Origin: Macrostomum lignano | Lineage: Eukaryota | Assembly: GCA_002269645.1 (NCBI GenBank) | Contig: NIVC01000652.1 | Span: 62,001 to 126,000 of the forward strand | DNA length: 64,000 nt | Direction of reading: 5' to 3' | Part shown: positions 1 to 11,460 of the stretch, in pieces | How the letters are laid out: every line of letters starts with the position of its first letter | How positions within the stretch are numbered: position 1 is the stretch's first letter | The notes under the pieces: model-generated | The model's database searches: none | What the model was told of the DNA's origin: nothing | What the model saw: only the letters and a program-made list of their open reading frames with translations | Program-made: the position numbers and the translations under genes

Positions 1-188
1 GTGGTGGACCTGCTCCAATCTGTACCTGAGCCACCGCTCCCTCCACTGCTCTTACCAGGTGGTGGACCTGCTCCAATCTGTACCTGAGCCACCGCTCCCT
101 CCACTGCTCTTACCAGGTGGTGGACCTGCTCCAATCTGTACCTGAGCCACCGCTCCCTCCACTGCTCTTACCAGGTGGTGGACCTGCT
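1..188 (+). repeat. 58-bp tandem repeat whose unit contains the 3' splice acceptor and first 14 nt of the downstream MARF1 exon
   Basis: Unit GTGGTGGACCTGCTCCAATCTGTACCTGAGCCACCGCTCCCTCCACTGCTCTTACCAG at 1, 59 and 117; the real exon starts at 175 with the same GTGGTGGACCTGCT; array is cut by the window start. Confidence 0.95.
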
Positions 189-2011
189 ACGCCAGGCGCC
201 CCGCTGCCGCGTCCCCTTCAGCAAGTTCATCCCCAGCTACCATCACTACTTTGCTCGCCAATGCCGCGTGTCGGAATTTGGCTTCGTGAAGCTCATCGAC
301 CTGCTTGAGGCCGTCAGTCACGTGATCGAGATGCGCGACGAGCTGGGAGAAAAGTTCATCTGCCTGACCCTGCGCGAGCACCTGCGAGTCTGCGCCAGCC
401 ACGTGCTGGCCATGCTGGAGGCCTGTCCGGATAGGCGCCTGCGGGTGGCGGACTTCCTGTCGGTGTACGTCAGGCAGTACGGCAGCGCGCTGAACCTGGC
501 CGACCTGGGCGTGGAGTCGGTGCCGCAGCTGGTGGCCAAGATGCCCACCGTGGCCGAGCTGTGGCGAGACGACGCCGGCGAGTCCTGGGTGCGGCTGGCC
601 GACCGCACCGACGTGAAGAACTGCGCCTACAAGTGCCTGCTGCTGCTGCGGGACTGCAGCACCGGCTCCATGCCGCTGGTGAGCTGCCCAGCCGCTTGTT
701 GCACAACATTTTGCACTGCTGTGATGCGCTTTTGAGCACTCAACTCAACTCTTTTGGCGCTTCTTGCATCAATATTGGCGCGCCTCAAACTTCTGACACT
801 CGCATATAGGAGCCATGTTACAAAGTGGTGCCTTTGGCAACCGAAATTGTGCACCTGACACTCATTGGTTGACGCCACTAACAACCAAGATAGCTTCCTA
901 ACCCCTGTTTACATTTGCGCCTTTGACGTAGAGAGGCTCCCAGCAGAAACTTTAACTTCACTTCACTGGTCATCAGTTTTTTTATGAACAGATTCCCCCA
1001 ACTCGCCAGAAGTCACCCTGGTCTTCAATCCGTGATCCAAGCACCACCCCCAATTAACAGGAGGATTTCCTTCGCGCCTACCGCACCCCGCTGAATCTGG
1101 ACTGGGTGCAGCGCGAGCTCTCGGACATCCTGACCGTCACTGACGACCCGCTCAGTCCTGGTCGCAAGTGCGTCACCCTGCGCCCGCTGGTGTTGTTTGC
1201 CCGCGACCTCAGCTCGCTGCTGCAGGCCAACCAGGGCCGCATCTCCTTCAGCCAGCTTGAGCCAGACTACCAGCGCTACTTCGGAGTGCCGCTGCGCCCC
1301 TCCAACTACGGCTACCCATCGCTGGCCTCGCTGATATCTGCCGTGTCCTTCGTGTGCCAGACACGCGGCCGCAACCAGCGCGCCACCGTGCTGCTCTGCA
1401 GCGACTTCGAGGCCCGCCTGGCCTACCAGACCGCCTACTCCACCGAGCCGCTGCTATCACACGAGGAGCTTCTCCAGGAGCTCTCCCGCGACCAGCTGCG
1501 CCCGGTGCCGTCCGCTTCCTGTGACCTCGCCAACGAGTTGTCGCCGACCTCGCTGTCCGCCGTCTACCAGCCACAGCAGCCTTTTCAGCAGCCGCAGCCG
1601 CTGCACCAGCAGGCCCAGAATCCGCATGCGGGCCACCCTTCGGCCGCCGCCTTGCTTGGTTCTTTCATCTCGCCGCCGCAGACCATGCGCGCCACAGAGC
1701 TGCCCGATCCGCGACTCTCCGGCGGCGTCTGCGGAAGCGGCGTGGGAGCCACCGGGGGCGGCGGATGGCCGGACTTCACGCCCGTAAAGCAGATGATCCG
1801 CGGCCTGGAGATGGCGCCGGCCAGCCTGCCGCCGCCGCCACAGCAGCAACAGCATCTACAGCAGCAGCAGCAGACCCAAGCCGAAGATGACAGCCGGGAC
1901 AACCTGGAGCAACTGATGGCAGACCTTCTCAGCAACAAAAGCCCGGCCGCGGCCACCTCCAGCGCTGCGGGCACGTCAGGGTACAATCGGCTGAACATGC
2001 GGGCCAACTGA
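175..2011 (+). CDS. MARF1: MARF1/Limkain-b1-like LOTUS (OST-HTH) domain protein, last two coding exons: join(175..678,1061..2011); 5' part outside window
   Basis: FIPSYHHYFARQCRVSEFGFVKLIDLLEAV closely matches the MARF1 LOTUS repeat; further LOTUS-like repeats (YVRQYGSALNLADLGVESVPQL; YQRYFGVPLRPSNYGYPSLASLI); phase-0 intron GTGAGC(679)..TTAACAG(1060) joins both ORFs in frame; low-complexity Q/P tail to TGA at 2011. Confidence 0.88.
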
Positions 2012-4742
2012 GTTGGCGGGGCTCCGGTCACGGACCAGCTCGGTTCATTGTCCAGAAGTTGGAAATGAACTCGAAATGATGATAATCTAAGCTTACTGGA
2101 GTTGCTGCTGCAGTTAAAACAAAGAAAAGGTTTTAGAATTTTCAGACTCTAATTACATTGGAAGATTTCTTGCAGACACAGCCGTCGCCCCAGGTGGGGT
2201 TGGCTGACAGCTCAGCACCATTTTCTGTAAATCCCGCCCTTCTCGTTTTCTAGCGCCACCCTTTTCAGTGTTTTATAGCCATTTCGCTTTTGTCTCTCTG
2301 CGTCATCCTCCTCGGGCAATATCCAGGTTTCACTGCTCGGGAGCTCATTGAACCTTAGTTGTGAAAGGTTTAGCATACGGCCCTCTTATTCGCCTTTAAC
2401 TTCTACGCACCGCTTGCCAGCTGATGATTGAAAGTCAGTCTCATTGGCGTTGTCCCCGCCCAGACTCGCACCTCATCAGCTACTGTTCTCTAGCTGCCTG
2501 CCCCATCTCGTCCCGCTTTTGTTTTTTTCTCTGCCCTTTGAGCGGGCTCTGCTCTCTGCTTTTGTTATTTTCTCATATTTTGGCACTTTATGCTGCCATT
2601 TGGTCACGGGATTTTTTATTATTAGTGTTTCCACTTGCTGTTTTGGTCCGGCCTTTCTCGCAGTGGCTGCTGTTTCAGGACTCCGAGTTCGTGGAAGCTG
2701 CAACTCGCCATCAGCTGGCTGCAGAGACAGGCTTTGAGTTTTTGACTCTGTTCTTCAATGCCCCAATTTTACCCACGCTATTTTTTTCTTTTCGGTTGGC
2801 CTGTTTTTTCCGGAGTTTCCTGCTAGCGAACTTGCAAGTAAGAATGGTTCAAATCATTGTTGTTCTTTTTTAGCTGATAGAGACCGCCTTTCCTTGTGCT
2901 TTTTTCAATTTCAAATAAAGGAAAAATTAAACTTTTCAACCTTAAATTTGCTTCTTTTTTGGCCTTATGGATTTTGATTACTGACGCCTCCCAGTGCACG
3001 TGTATGCGTGCTCTGTATGTGTATCTCCAAGTGAGGCTGAGAGCTGCACACCGATTCAGAATCTACACACAGTACAGGTACATGTACGCACATGCATGCA
3101 TTAAATTACAAACAAAAGCTCAATATTTTCTTCTGCAGGAAATTTCTGCAACCAGTGAAAACAAGTGCACCGAAAAGAATTGGAATTTTCTCGTTCCCGA
3201 AACTTCTCGAATCGATCCATGGACCTACATGTACTTTAATAGACTTAGGCTACTTTATTAGCGACTTGAATTCAGAAGAGATCAAAGGTTTAATTAGTAG
3301 TGACACAGAAAAAAGGCATTTTTTATAATTTGCGTCATTTGCGTCAATTTGCGTCAGATCTCCGCCCCAAGTGACGAACTGCACACCACGCCCGCGATCG
3401 CTCTTATGGGCCTGATTACACAATCAGCACAGAGAAACTAACGAGTTCATGAGACTTGTCCACTGACGATTTGCCCGCGCAATGCTTTTTTTCCTGCCGT
3501 GCATAGTCCCGGGGCAGATTTTGCCCAGTATTGCATTTTGCAGTTCTTAGTAGTCCCAACAGGCCAGGGACATTGGCAGACATGTCATATGCATGTATTG
3601 ATGGCTCATTACCGATTTACATTACCCCTACATAAACTTTTATAGAAAAACCTCTTTCTTAAGAAAAATCTCGGATCCAGCCCCCTGTTATGGAAGAAAT
3701 TCGATATGCAGACTAACGTATTGATTGGGTGACTAATTCATACTGGTTTCACTCAAATTTAGCACTGCACTTTGCTGAGTGTAATTGGATTGCACTTTGA
3801 GTGCACTAAAAGATAATGGTGAGGTGATAAAGGTCCTAACCTGTCGTCAGCCTTTTGTAAATGGAAGTCAGTGTTGTTGATAATATATTTCCAAGAAATT
3901 GTACTGAGCACATTTTAAGCACATTAAAAGAACCCAATTGAGTTTCCTCTTTTTACACAGGTAAATTCAAGGTAAAATTTGTGAATATTTTTGGAGAGAT
4001 ACATCCTTTTAGAAACTTTGCTTATGAGATTTAACAAATGCAATATAATTTTCCGGGTTGTCGGGACTCTAGCCGCAAGCCTTGCCTATAAGGCATTTTC
4101 ATATTGCTTGTTCTGGTTCCAGAACCAGAACCAATTTGTGAAGTAAAACTTTTTGTCTCCATAACTAGAGGGAGATACGTGCTATAAAGTTTTTATTATT
4201 GAATGACAATCGCCAAGAAGAAAGTGAAAAATTGTGCTAAGTGAGGTTGTTAAGGCAGTCAAACATTCAACAGAATTAAATAGTTATACCGCTGTTTTTC
4301 TTGGAAGATCCTAATAACCGATTCTGATTCTGGAATTGGTAATATGAAAAGCCTCATGCATAGATAGGCCTAAGGCCGAATCGTAAGACTATGTAGAGTA
4401 TGACCGGTAGATCGGGGATTAACTAGACAATTTGTGTGAAATGAGCCATGGTAAAAGTCGTGTAAAAGTATTTTTAGATAGGCCCTAGCTTTTATTTCTA
4501 TATAAACTTAATGTCCATGTCCTAATAATACTAATACTAATAGGCCTAGGCTTATATATTGCTATTATCTTGATATCCTATAGCGTATAGCCTATACTAC
4601 AATTTAATCTAAGTATCATTCCAATGGCTAAATAGCAAGTATACTAAATAGGCCTAAATTAAAATAGAGCCCCATTTATTAGCTTTAGGCCCATTGTGAT
4701 TACATCCTATATAGGCTTTGCTTTGGTCTTTGCTCATTTAGG

Positions 4743-6646
4743 CCATAGTTCGGAAGAGGGCATGTACGCCGGAAATTTCCGGGGTACAGTCAAGAAATTT
4801 GGCGTACATGTTGGCGTACAAATAGTAATTTTCTAAGGCTTTTGGCGTACATGTTTAACCATGATTATTAATTTGGTGTGTAACATGCACCAAAAAACAA
4901 AAAATTCGTAACCTAGTGAAATCAATAACAGTTACAAAGTCGTTCATTATGCATTTACTGTAAAATTTCACGATTGATGCAGAACTGACTTTCGTGTTTT
5001 TTGCTCGTGGTGAAGTTGTAATTTTAACAAAAAATGCACAAATTTTACTTAAATTTTATAAATAAACTGTGTACATATAAATCTGTCACTTTTTAATAGT
5101 TCTTACTGATAAATAAAAAAGTTACTTTCCGTTTTCAACATAGACAATTTAAAATTAAATATGTTTTTATCGGGATGTTTTGGGCGTGAGACATTTGATA
5201 TTCCTGATAGATACAACTCCGGACATTCATTTAGGTTGTATCGGACTCAAATGCGCGAGTCATCCCAACCTTCGCGGCCCAGCAGTTCCTTGGATGCCCG
5301 TCAAAACGGCCACACGCGGAACGGCCACACGACAAAACGGCCACACCGTTAAAACGGCCACACGACAAAACGGCCACATAAAACAAAAAGGGTTGCAGAT
5401 CGATTGCTCATGAGATCCAGCTTATGACATCAAAATGCAAAAGAAGTAAATGCATTGAGATATTGTGAAATTTATGTAGGCCGAAAAGGATCCGAAAAGG
5501 AAGCACCAGAGAAGCGAAGACGAAATTGTATTTTATGGAGCGACCAGCAGTTATGCAAATTTTTAAAAGATGCTAAAATATTTGTGTAAGAAAGCCTCTT
5601 CCTCTTCTTCCAGTACTGTTGGAAGCTCCAGCTCAATTGTTGGTTCGTCAATGCCAACATCCAATTCTGTGCTATGCAACTTAAGCAAGCTGTCTACAAG
5701 TGTCTCAGAGTCAGCCTCGAGGCCTGAAATGTAGAGAATTGGAATGTAGAAAAAAATCTGCTTTATCTCAACTTCACATGCATCGACTTACCTAAACCTT
5801 CTGGTAACAACTTCAGGTGCGTCAGATGCTGGTATCCTTATTCGCAAATGTAAGGCAGGTCGCTCCTCAGCAGCTAAGCTGGGTTCCGCTGCCGCACTGT
5901 GCTCAGCAGCTAAGCTGGGTTCCGCTGCCGCACTGTGCTCAGCAGCTGAGCTGGGTGCTAGCAGGCAATTTGGACAAAACCATGGCATCGTCTCATTCTT
6001 CATGGCATTGTAGCGAGCTATAGAAACGGCTGCGTCTCCTGCAGTAGCAGCAGATATACAATAATTACCAATTACAGTTAATTCAAATAATTACAACTAT
6101 AACAGCATACTATAAATAGCAACTCACCTTTCAGACACAATGCATGCTGGCGAGGTCTGACTCTAAGTAGACACTTTGGACAACTGTCGTCCATTGTTAA
6201 AAATGAAAAATGAAAAAATAAAAAATTATTACATCGTGTGGCCGTTTTGTCGTGTGGCCGTTTTGACGGTGTGGCCGTTTTGTCGTGTGGCCGTTCCGCG
6301 TGTGGCGCGTGTTACGCGGAATAGCCACACAACAAAACGGCCACACCGTTAAGCAATGAAGCAGCAATGAACCAATGGGATGCAATTGCGGAGTCATAGG
6401 GTGCACTCCATGAAGCCTTTCGAGCTGAAAATCCTCGGTGCAAGATTCATGAGCAGCTACAGTACCAAATGTTTGGAAGTGATTTTGTTTTCGATCTCCT
6501 ATAAGTAATTATATATACATAGAAGACAAATTTAATAACTGCACTGTATACGACAACGTCACAAAGATATATGGCGTACATCGGCGTACACAAAAAAAAT
6601 TGGTAGTTTTTTTTCCGGGGTACATACAGAGTGTTCCGAACTATGG
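4743..6646. mobile_element. Non-autonomous DNA transposon with 13-bp TIR and 8-bp TSD (hAT- or P-like)
   Basis: TIR CCATAGTTCGGAA / TTCCGAACTATGG; identical 8-bp flanks CATTTAGG at 4735-4742 and 6647-6654; subterminal GGCGTACA motifs at both ends. Confidence 0.85.
5300..6350. mobile_element. Nested foldback (MULE-like) element with inverted arms built of AAAACGGCCACAC motifs
   Basis: Motif array 5301-5380 is the reverse complement of 6235-6305; no TSD found; a 36-bp tandem repeat lies inside at ~5866-5950. Confidence 0.6.
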
Positions 6647-6973
6647 CATTTAGGCCTAGTCATTAGGCCTAGCTAAGCCTAAGCCTAAGTGTTAGGGCCA
6701 GCTTGCTTAGGCTTAGGGGCTTAAATTTACTAGGACCTAAACCATAAAATCTATAGGCTAGGCCTAAGCCTAGGCCTATAAACCTATGAGGCTAAGCCTA
6801 TATTAGACCTTTAGCCTACCCCAACTACTAGGCCTATATCAAGTTCTAAAAAGTTTATTGCAATTTTTGATTCATTGAATCAATAAATAGGGCCTACTCT
6901 ATAAGCCTAGTGCTTTTAGCCTTTGCTATAACATAAGGCCTAGCCTAGTATAGGCCTAGGTATTATTGGTAGG

Positions 6974-7524
6974 GGAGTGTAGGACCAAGACCGCCACACA
7001 CCAAGACTGCCACACTTGGGGGAGCTAAGGAAGAAATTTGATTTAATGTGTTATTAGATGGTGCTAGAGGAGAGATGAGTGAATAGGAGAGCCAGCAGGA
7101 CAAGGCTACGAGAAAAGAACCTATGAGAGGAATAGCAATGCTAGAAGATTGGTAGCCCCCCCTTAATATGCTCAATAATTGGTAGCTCCCTCTCAATAAG
7201 CCAACAATAGCTGTGGTGGTCTTGGTGTGTGGTGGTCTTAGTCATATGCCTTGGGTTTTTTTGTGCGCAGAGTATGCATATGCACCCTAAATTTTAAAAT
7301 TGCACCTTGAAATTAAAAAAGTAGGTGCAATTTAGGTGCGGTCTTATAACCATTTTAACCATAACCATATAGACATAAGACATGTCTATATGTTCCCAGT
7401 TGTCTGAAACAAGACTCAAGAGAAATTGCACTCTGAGCCTTAAAATCGCACCTTGAAATTTGGCACAAGGTGCGATTTTGCACCTTGTCTCTGGCGAAAA
7501 AAAACCCTAGCATAGGCCTATGCC
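6974..7524. mobile_element. MULE-type MITE with 9-bp TSD, containing a nested MITE (~7251-7510)
   Basis: ATTGGTAGG duplicated at 6965-6973 and 7525-7533; inverted CCAAGACC(G/A)CCACACA arrays at ~6985-7015 and ~7212-7242; inner element has TTGGGTTTTTTT / AAAAAAACCCTAG ends and near-duplicated CATA(T/G)GCC flanks. Confidence 0.65.
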
Positions 7525-7879
7525 ATTGGTAGGGGGCCTATATGATTATAATTTATGACATGATATTTAGATGTTTAAATATTAACTAACTTAATAGTAA
7601 ATACTAGGCCTAGTTACTATCTATGACGGGAATAGGATATTTTATCCAAAGACTTTTTGTCTAGGTCTTTTTTTGTCCAAATGAGACATTTTGTCTAAAG
7701 GGTACAACATTTTGTCCAATGGGCACAACAATTTGTCTAAGTCCAATATACAAATTTTAGTCTAATTGATAGAAGTGTTTGGATGAGAGTGCATTTAAGT
7801 ATGTAGCAGTGCATTGCAATAGCATTGCAGTAAAACTTTAAGTACTAACATTATTTAAAATGGTATATGTAATATGCTA

Positions 7880-8337
7880 TTGCCAATATTCAGCAGTTTG
7901 CCTAACTGGTGGTTGTAGGCAAGGTACTTATGCAACCTTGGAGCAGCACACACTTCCCAGTCAATCATCTCGCCAGATTTGATCAGGGACTAGAGAATTC
8001 TTGCATTTGCACTTATCTACTCGCCAATGCTAATCTGCTCTAGTGGCTTCTGTTTGGTATTTGTTCCTTTCTTATTGCCAGTGCTGACATTTCTAGAGTC
8101 TTTAATAAAGTCAGGTATGAGAAGTGGCCCCCTCTTGGTGGGGTCAGCATCTTGCTCCAGGAGGGGAATATTCTCTAAGGCTGAATATGTAGTGCCCCAA
8201 CTAGCAAAAAAAGCTAGCTTACCATACATCTTTATGCCATGGTGTCTGTTGCTAAGCTTGGCTGTCAACTCTGCTTCCTCTTTTTGGAGCCTCAATAGCC
8301 TGATGCCTTCCTTGGTTGCTTTGATCTTATTGCGCAA
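7880..8337 (-). pseudogene. DIRS/Ngaro-like (tyrosine-recombinase retrotransposon) gag/ORF1 relic
   Basis: Reading through stops gives ...GPLLIPDFIKD...KQKPLEQISIGE*ISANARIL*SLIKSGEM...YLAYNHQLGKLL, recalled as similar to invertebrate DIRS-group ORF1 (LLIPDFV...KLExVSxxQWxxANARI...YLAY); similarity from memory, not searched. Confidence 0.55.
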
Positions 8338-8789
8338 AGTCTGACCCTTTGTCGAGCAGTGGTGGTTAGGGGGGCAGTGGCTAGGGCTGCAGTTGGCTAT
8401 TGGTCTTGCTGTCAGTTGATTCCTCTTGTCTGCTAGTTGAGTTGTCTTATTCAGGGTCTCTACTTTGCAAACTTTTCAGATGTGCTAACAGAGTTCTCTT
8501 GTTACCAGTAGTTGGCTGGCCAGCCACAGAGAGTTAGGCTTTCAATTTTTGGGTTATAAGTTTAGCAAGGCTAGCCATTGCGTAAAATTGAGCAGGTGTG
8601 CGACACTGCAAACAGAGCAAAAGTTGGGGGTTAAAAAGCTAGCCAACTGTGACAACCCCCCCAACGCAGATGCCACCCTGCCACCCCTAACCTACTTTGT
8701 ACACAGCCTATGGCTGCCCACAAAGCACACATATAGAATGCCATGTTAATGTAAATGTTAACCAGGCAATGCATCAGGTTTGACAAATT

Positions 8790-9760
8790 TTGACAAATAA
8801 ATAAGGCTCACAGACTTCAGGAAGCTATTGGGGCTAATTTGTCCTTTTCTAGAAGTTGCCGCTAATGAACAATGTGTCCCTGGACTGTCTTTGACACTTT
8901 ACATTGGTATTACAGCACAACATCCTAGTCTAGAAGCTGTTTTTGTATTGGAATCAACTAAGCCTCCTTGTGCAGAATGCCAATAAGCTGATACATAGGC
9001 AACGAAGAGCCACGGGCTTTAGAGTTAAGGTGGCGATGCTAGCTTTCAACATCATTGTTTGTGTGGACAGTGTGCCTGTAAACGCTCCATGATACAACAG
9101 GGAAAATGGCACTCTACCCAAGTTGAGCAAATGTACTGTGCCAATTGTGACAACTGCTTATTGTGCTGGCTGTCTCAGATAATGATGGAGAATACCTCAG
9201 CAATTGTCAGCCGGGAGAAAAGGTAGGGACAAGATATGCTGGACAACCCTGTGCACTGTACCATGCTTAGCATAATGCACAGCAAGTCTAGAAGTCTGCA
9301 TATGTCTCTAGACTGCCTGAGTCTAGCATCCCTGCAGCTTAACCCTTGGCAGTATTGTCCTGATGGCCCTCCACAGTCCTACATGTATGAAGTGGTTGAA
9401 CATGTAGAAATTATAGTTTGAAATATGACATATGACAAATTAACAGTATAGCTTGCATATGTAACATAAGTAATATGTACGTGCCTTGCTTGAAGTCTAC
9501 AATGTCAAGAGTTGGACAGTATGTGCCCAGATTGCTGCACTCAATAAAGCAGTCAAAGACCTTTAAAATGTTAGAAAGAATTTTAAAATGTAAATGCACA
9601 GGCACATATACACATACTTGTATGGTCTCATTATTTATTTTTTGATTACAATTAGTTGTACCTTCTCGTAATCCTTTGATTTTCAATGGGACATTAGTGC
9701 AAACATAAGTGGTACCTGTTTGACATTTGAACCCTTTACTGAATGCACCCTTTTCAACAA
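8790..9760 (-). pseudogene. MULE transposase pseudogene (C-terminal half of DDE domain), three exons: ~9760..9662, 9560..9485, 9378..~8790
   Basis: Manual translation: VKQVPLMFALMSH*KSKDYEK | VFDCFIE...IVDFKQ G|LWRAIRTILPRVKLQGC*TQAV*RHMQ...HILSLPFLPAD...LAQYICSTWVE...WSVYRHTVHTNNDVES*HRHLN, all typical animal MULE transposase motifs; several stops and frameshifts. Confidence 0.85.
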
Positions 9761-9865
9761 TGAGCATTTCAATCAATTAGACTAAAATTAACAAAATTTT
9801 GGACAAAATGTTGTATACCCTTTGGACAAAATGTTATGCCCCAACATTTTTGAATGAAGTGTCCT

Positions 9866-10154
9866 CATACATGCGCAACAGTCGGCCGATTCGGCCGACC
9901 GATTTGGCAGCCAACCAAGAAAGTCGCAAAAATGCCATCCCGAAAAAATAACCAAGAAGTAGTACTAAGTAGCTGACGAGGCATTTCGGCTTAATAAGGC
10001 AGTCATAGTTACTCCTGCCGTTTACCCAAAGTTGCGTTAAATTTGCTTTTGGGTTTTTTTACATGTAAGTCGCATTTTTGGCCAAAAACTATGTCGCATT
10101 TTTGTTAAAACTAAGTCGCACGGCCGAACAAATTTTGGAGGTTGCGCATGTATG
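9866..10154. mobile_element. 289-bp MITE, 14-bp TIR, 8-bp TSD (P- or hAT-like), inserted in the MULE right end
   Basis: TIR CATACATGCGCAAC / GTTGCGCATGTATG; TSD AGTGTCCT at 9858-9865 and 10155-10162. Confidence 0.88.
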
Positions 10155-10683
10155 AGTGTCCTGGACAAAATGTCCCTTGGACAAAATGTCATAAATTCTC
10201 TAGGACTATGTATTTTCTTAATAAATAAATTCAAGGTAAAACTAACAGTTTTGTGAATTATTCTTTGTCTAAACATTAAGCCTTAGGCCTAATTTAATTT
10301 TAAGGCTAAACTTGTATGTCTATCTCAATCAGGATAAAAACAAACCATTTTATAATTATTTACATTATAAAATTTATATCATAAATTTAATGATATTAAT
10401 CTACTTTATTAATATCATGCTATTTACTTTCACTTAGAATAGAGATTTTTTAGCAAAAGTAGCATGTAATTTATTTTTATTATGTTTGAAATGGATTGAT
10501 TTTATTTGTGGCTTTTCTATATTTCCTTAGTAAATGTCTATAGGTTAGCTAAGATAGTTTTAAAGAAATTCTAACTATTGTCTTACAATTCTACAATTTA
10601 ATAGGGATTAAAAAGAAACTTAATCAATAAAATTGGCAGTTTATAAAAGGTAAATTTTGTATAAAAATTGATATATTACAAGT

Positions 10684-11460
10684 GGGCCATTCCATATAAT
10701 TATGGTCGTAACATGACAGACTATTTTTACTTATAAAATGAAATCTAATAATAGAATATACTAAACCAATATTTTGAATGAAAGATTATTTTGTCAAGAA
10801 TATGTTTATAAAGTTTCATATAGATATCATCATTAGTATAGATGCTATTAAACCACTTATGGTCGTAACAACAGGATTTTTGACATATTGAAACAAAAAG
10901 GTAAAAGTCTTATACCATTTTTCATTTTTGATATTTTGTAATAATTTTTTTTAAATTTGAATAAGAACATCTTTAGAAGTCATACTCTTTTATTAGAATA
11001 TATAAACTCAAAAAGGCAACAAAGATACAAAAGAAAAGGCAGCCTTATGGTTGTAACATTATGGTTGTAATATATTTTTTCTGTCAATTTAGTAACTTTG
11101 AAGTACTAATATATTAAAAATATAATAGATTATATGGTTGCTAATGCTTTTATCTGATGATACAAGTACTATAATTTTATATATAGTTTGTTTTAACCTT
11201 CTAAAGCTTTCTATTTGTTTTTAAAAGGTACATAAACTTAATGATGTCTTTTGCTTAGAAAATGTCCAATTTTTCCAAAAATAACTTTTTGCCAATTGAT
11301 AACATTCTAATCCAACATTTAATCATTTATTTATTCTTAGATTGTATACATTACCTACAAAAAAGATTTGGTAAAAAAAATTTGCTGATAAGGCAATGAC
11401 AAGCAAAAATATTGACTTTTTTCTATTTTCCAAGTATGTCCATCTTATATGGAATGGGCC
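10684..11460. mobile_element. AT-rich non-autonomous DNA transposon, ~16-bp TIR, 4-bp TSD
   Basis: GGGCCATTCCATATAA / TTATATGGAATGGGCC, AAGT on both flanks; internal TTATGGT(C/T)GTAA motif four times. Confidence 0.65.

Larger units (their letters stand above)
7628..10200 (-). mobile_element. Decayed Mutator-like (MULE) DNA transposon with GACATTTTGTCC-motif foldback ends
   Basis: Inverted ACATTTTGTCC arrays at ~7640-7745 versus ~9800-9835 and 10162-10200 enclose a MULE transposase relic; ends approximate, no clean TSD. Confidence 0.75.

Noticed and set aside
2160-2873. Minus-strand peptide fragments (PKRKK*RG*N) faintly like DUS3L
   Set aside because: Motif order does not fit and there are many stops; more likely UTR or unassignable decayed sequence
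3325-3410. Three TTGCGTCA motifs plus a GC box as a promoter
   Set aside because: No associated gene start identified in the window
8860-8960. HSFRIG-like tyrosine recombinase motif
   Set aside because: Needs an ad hoc frameshift; the same bases read cleanly as MULE transposase
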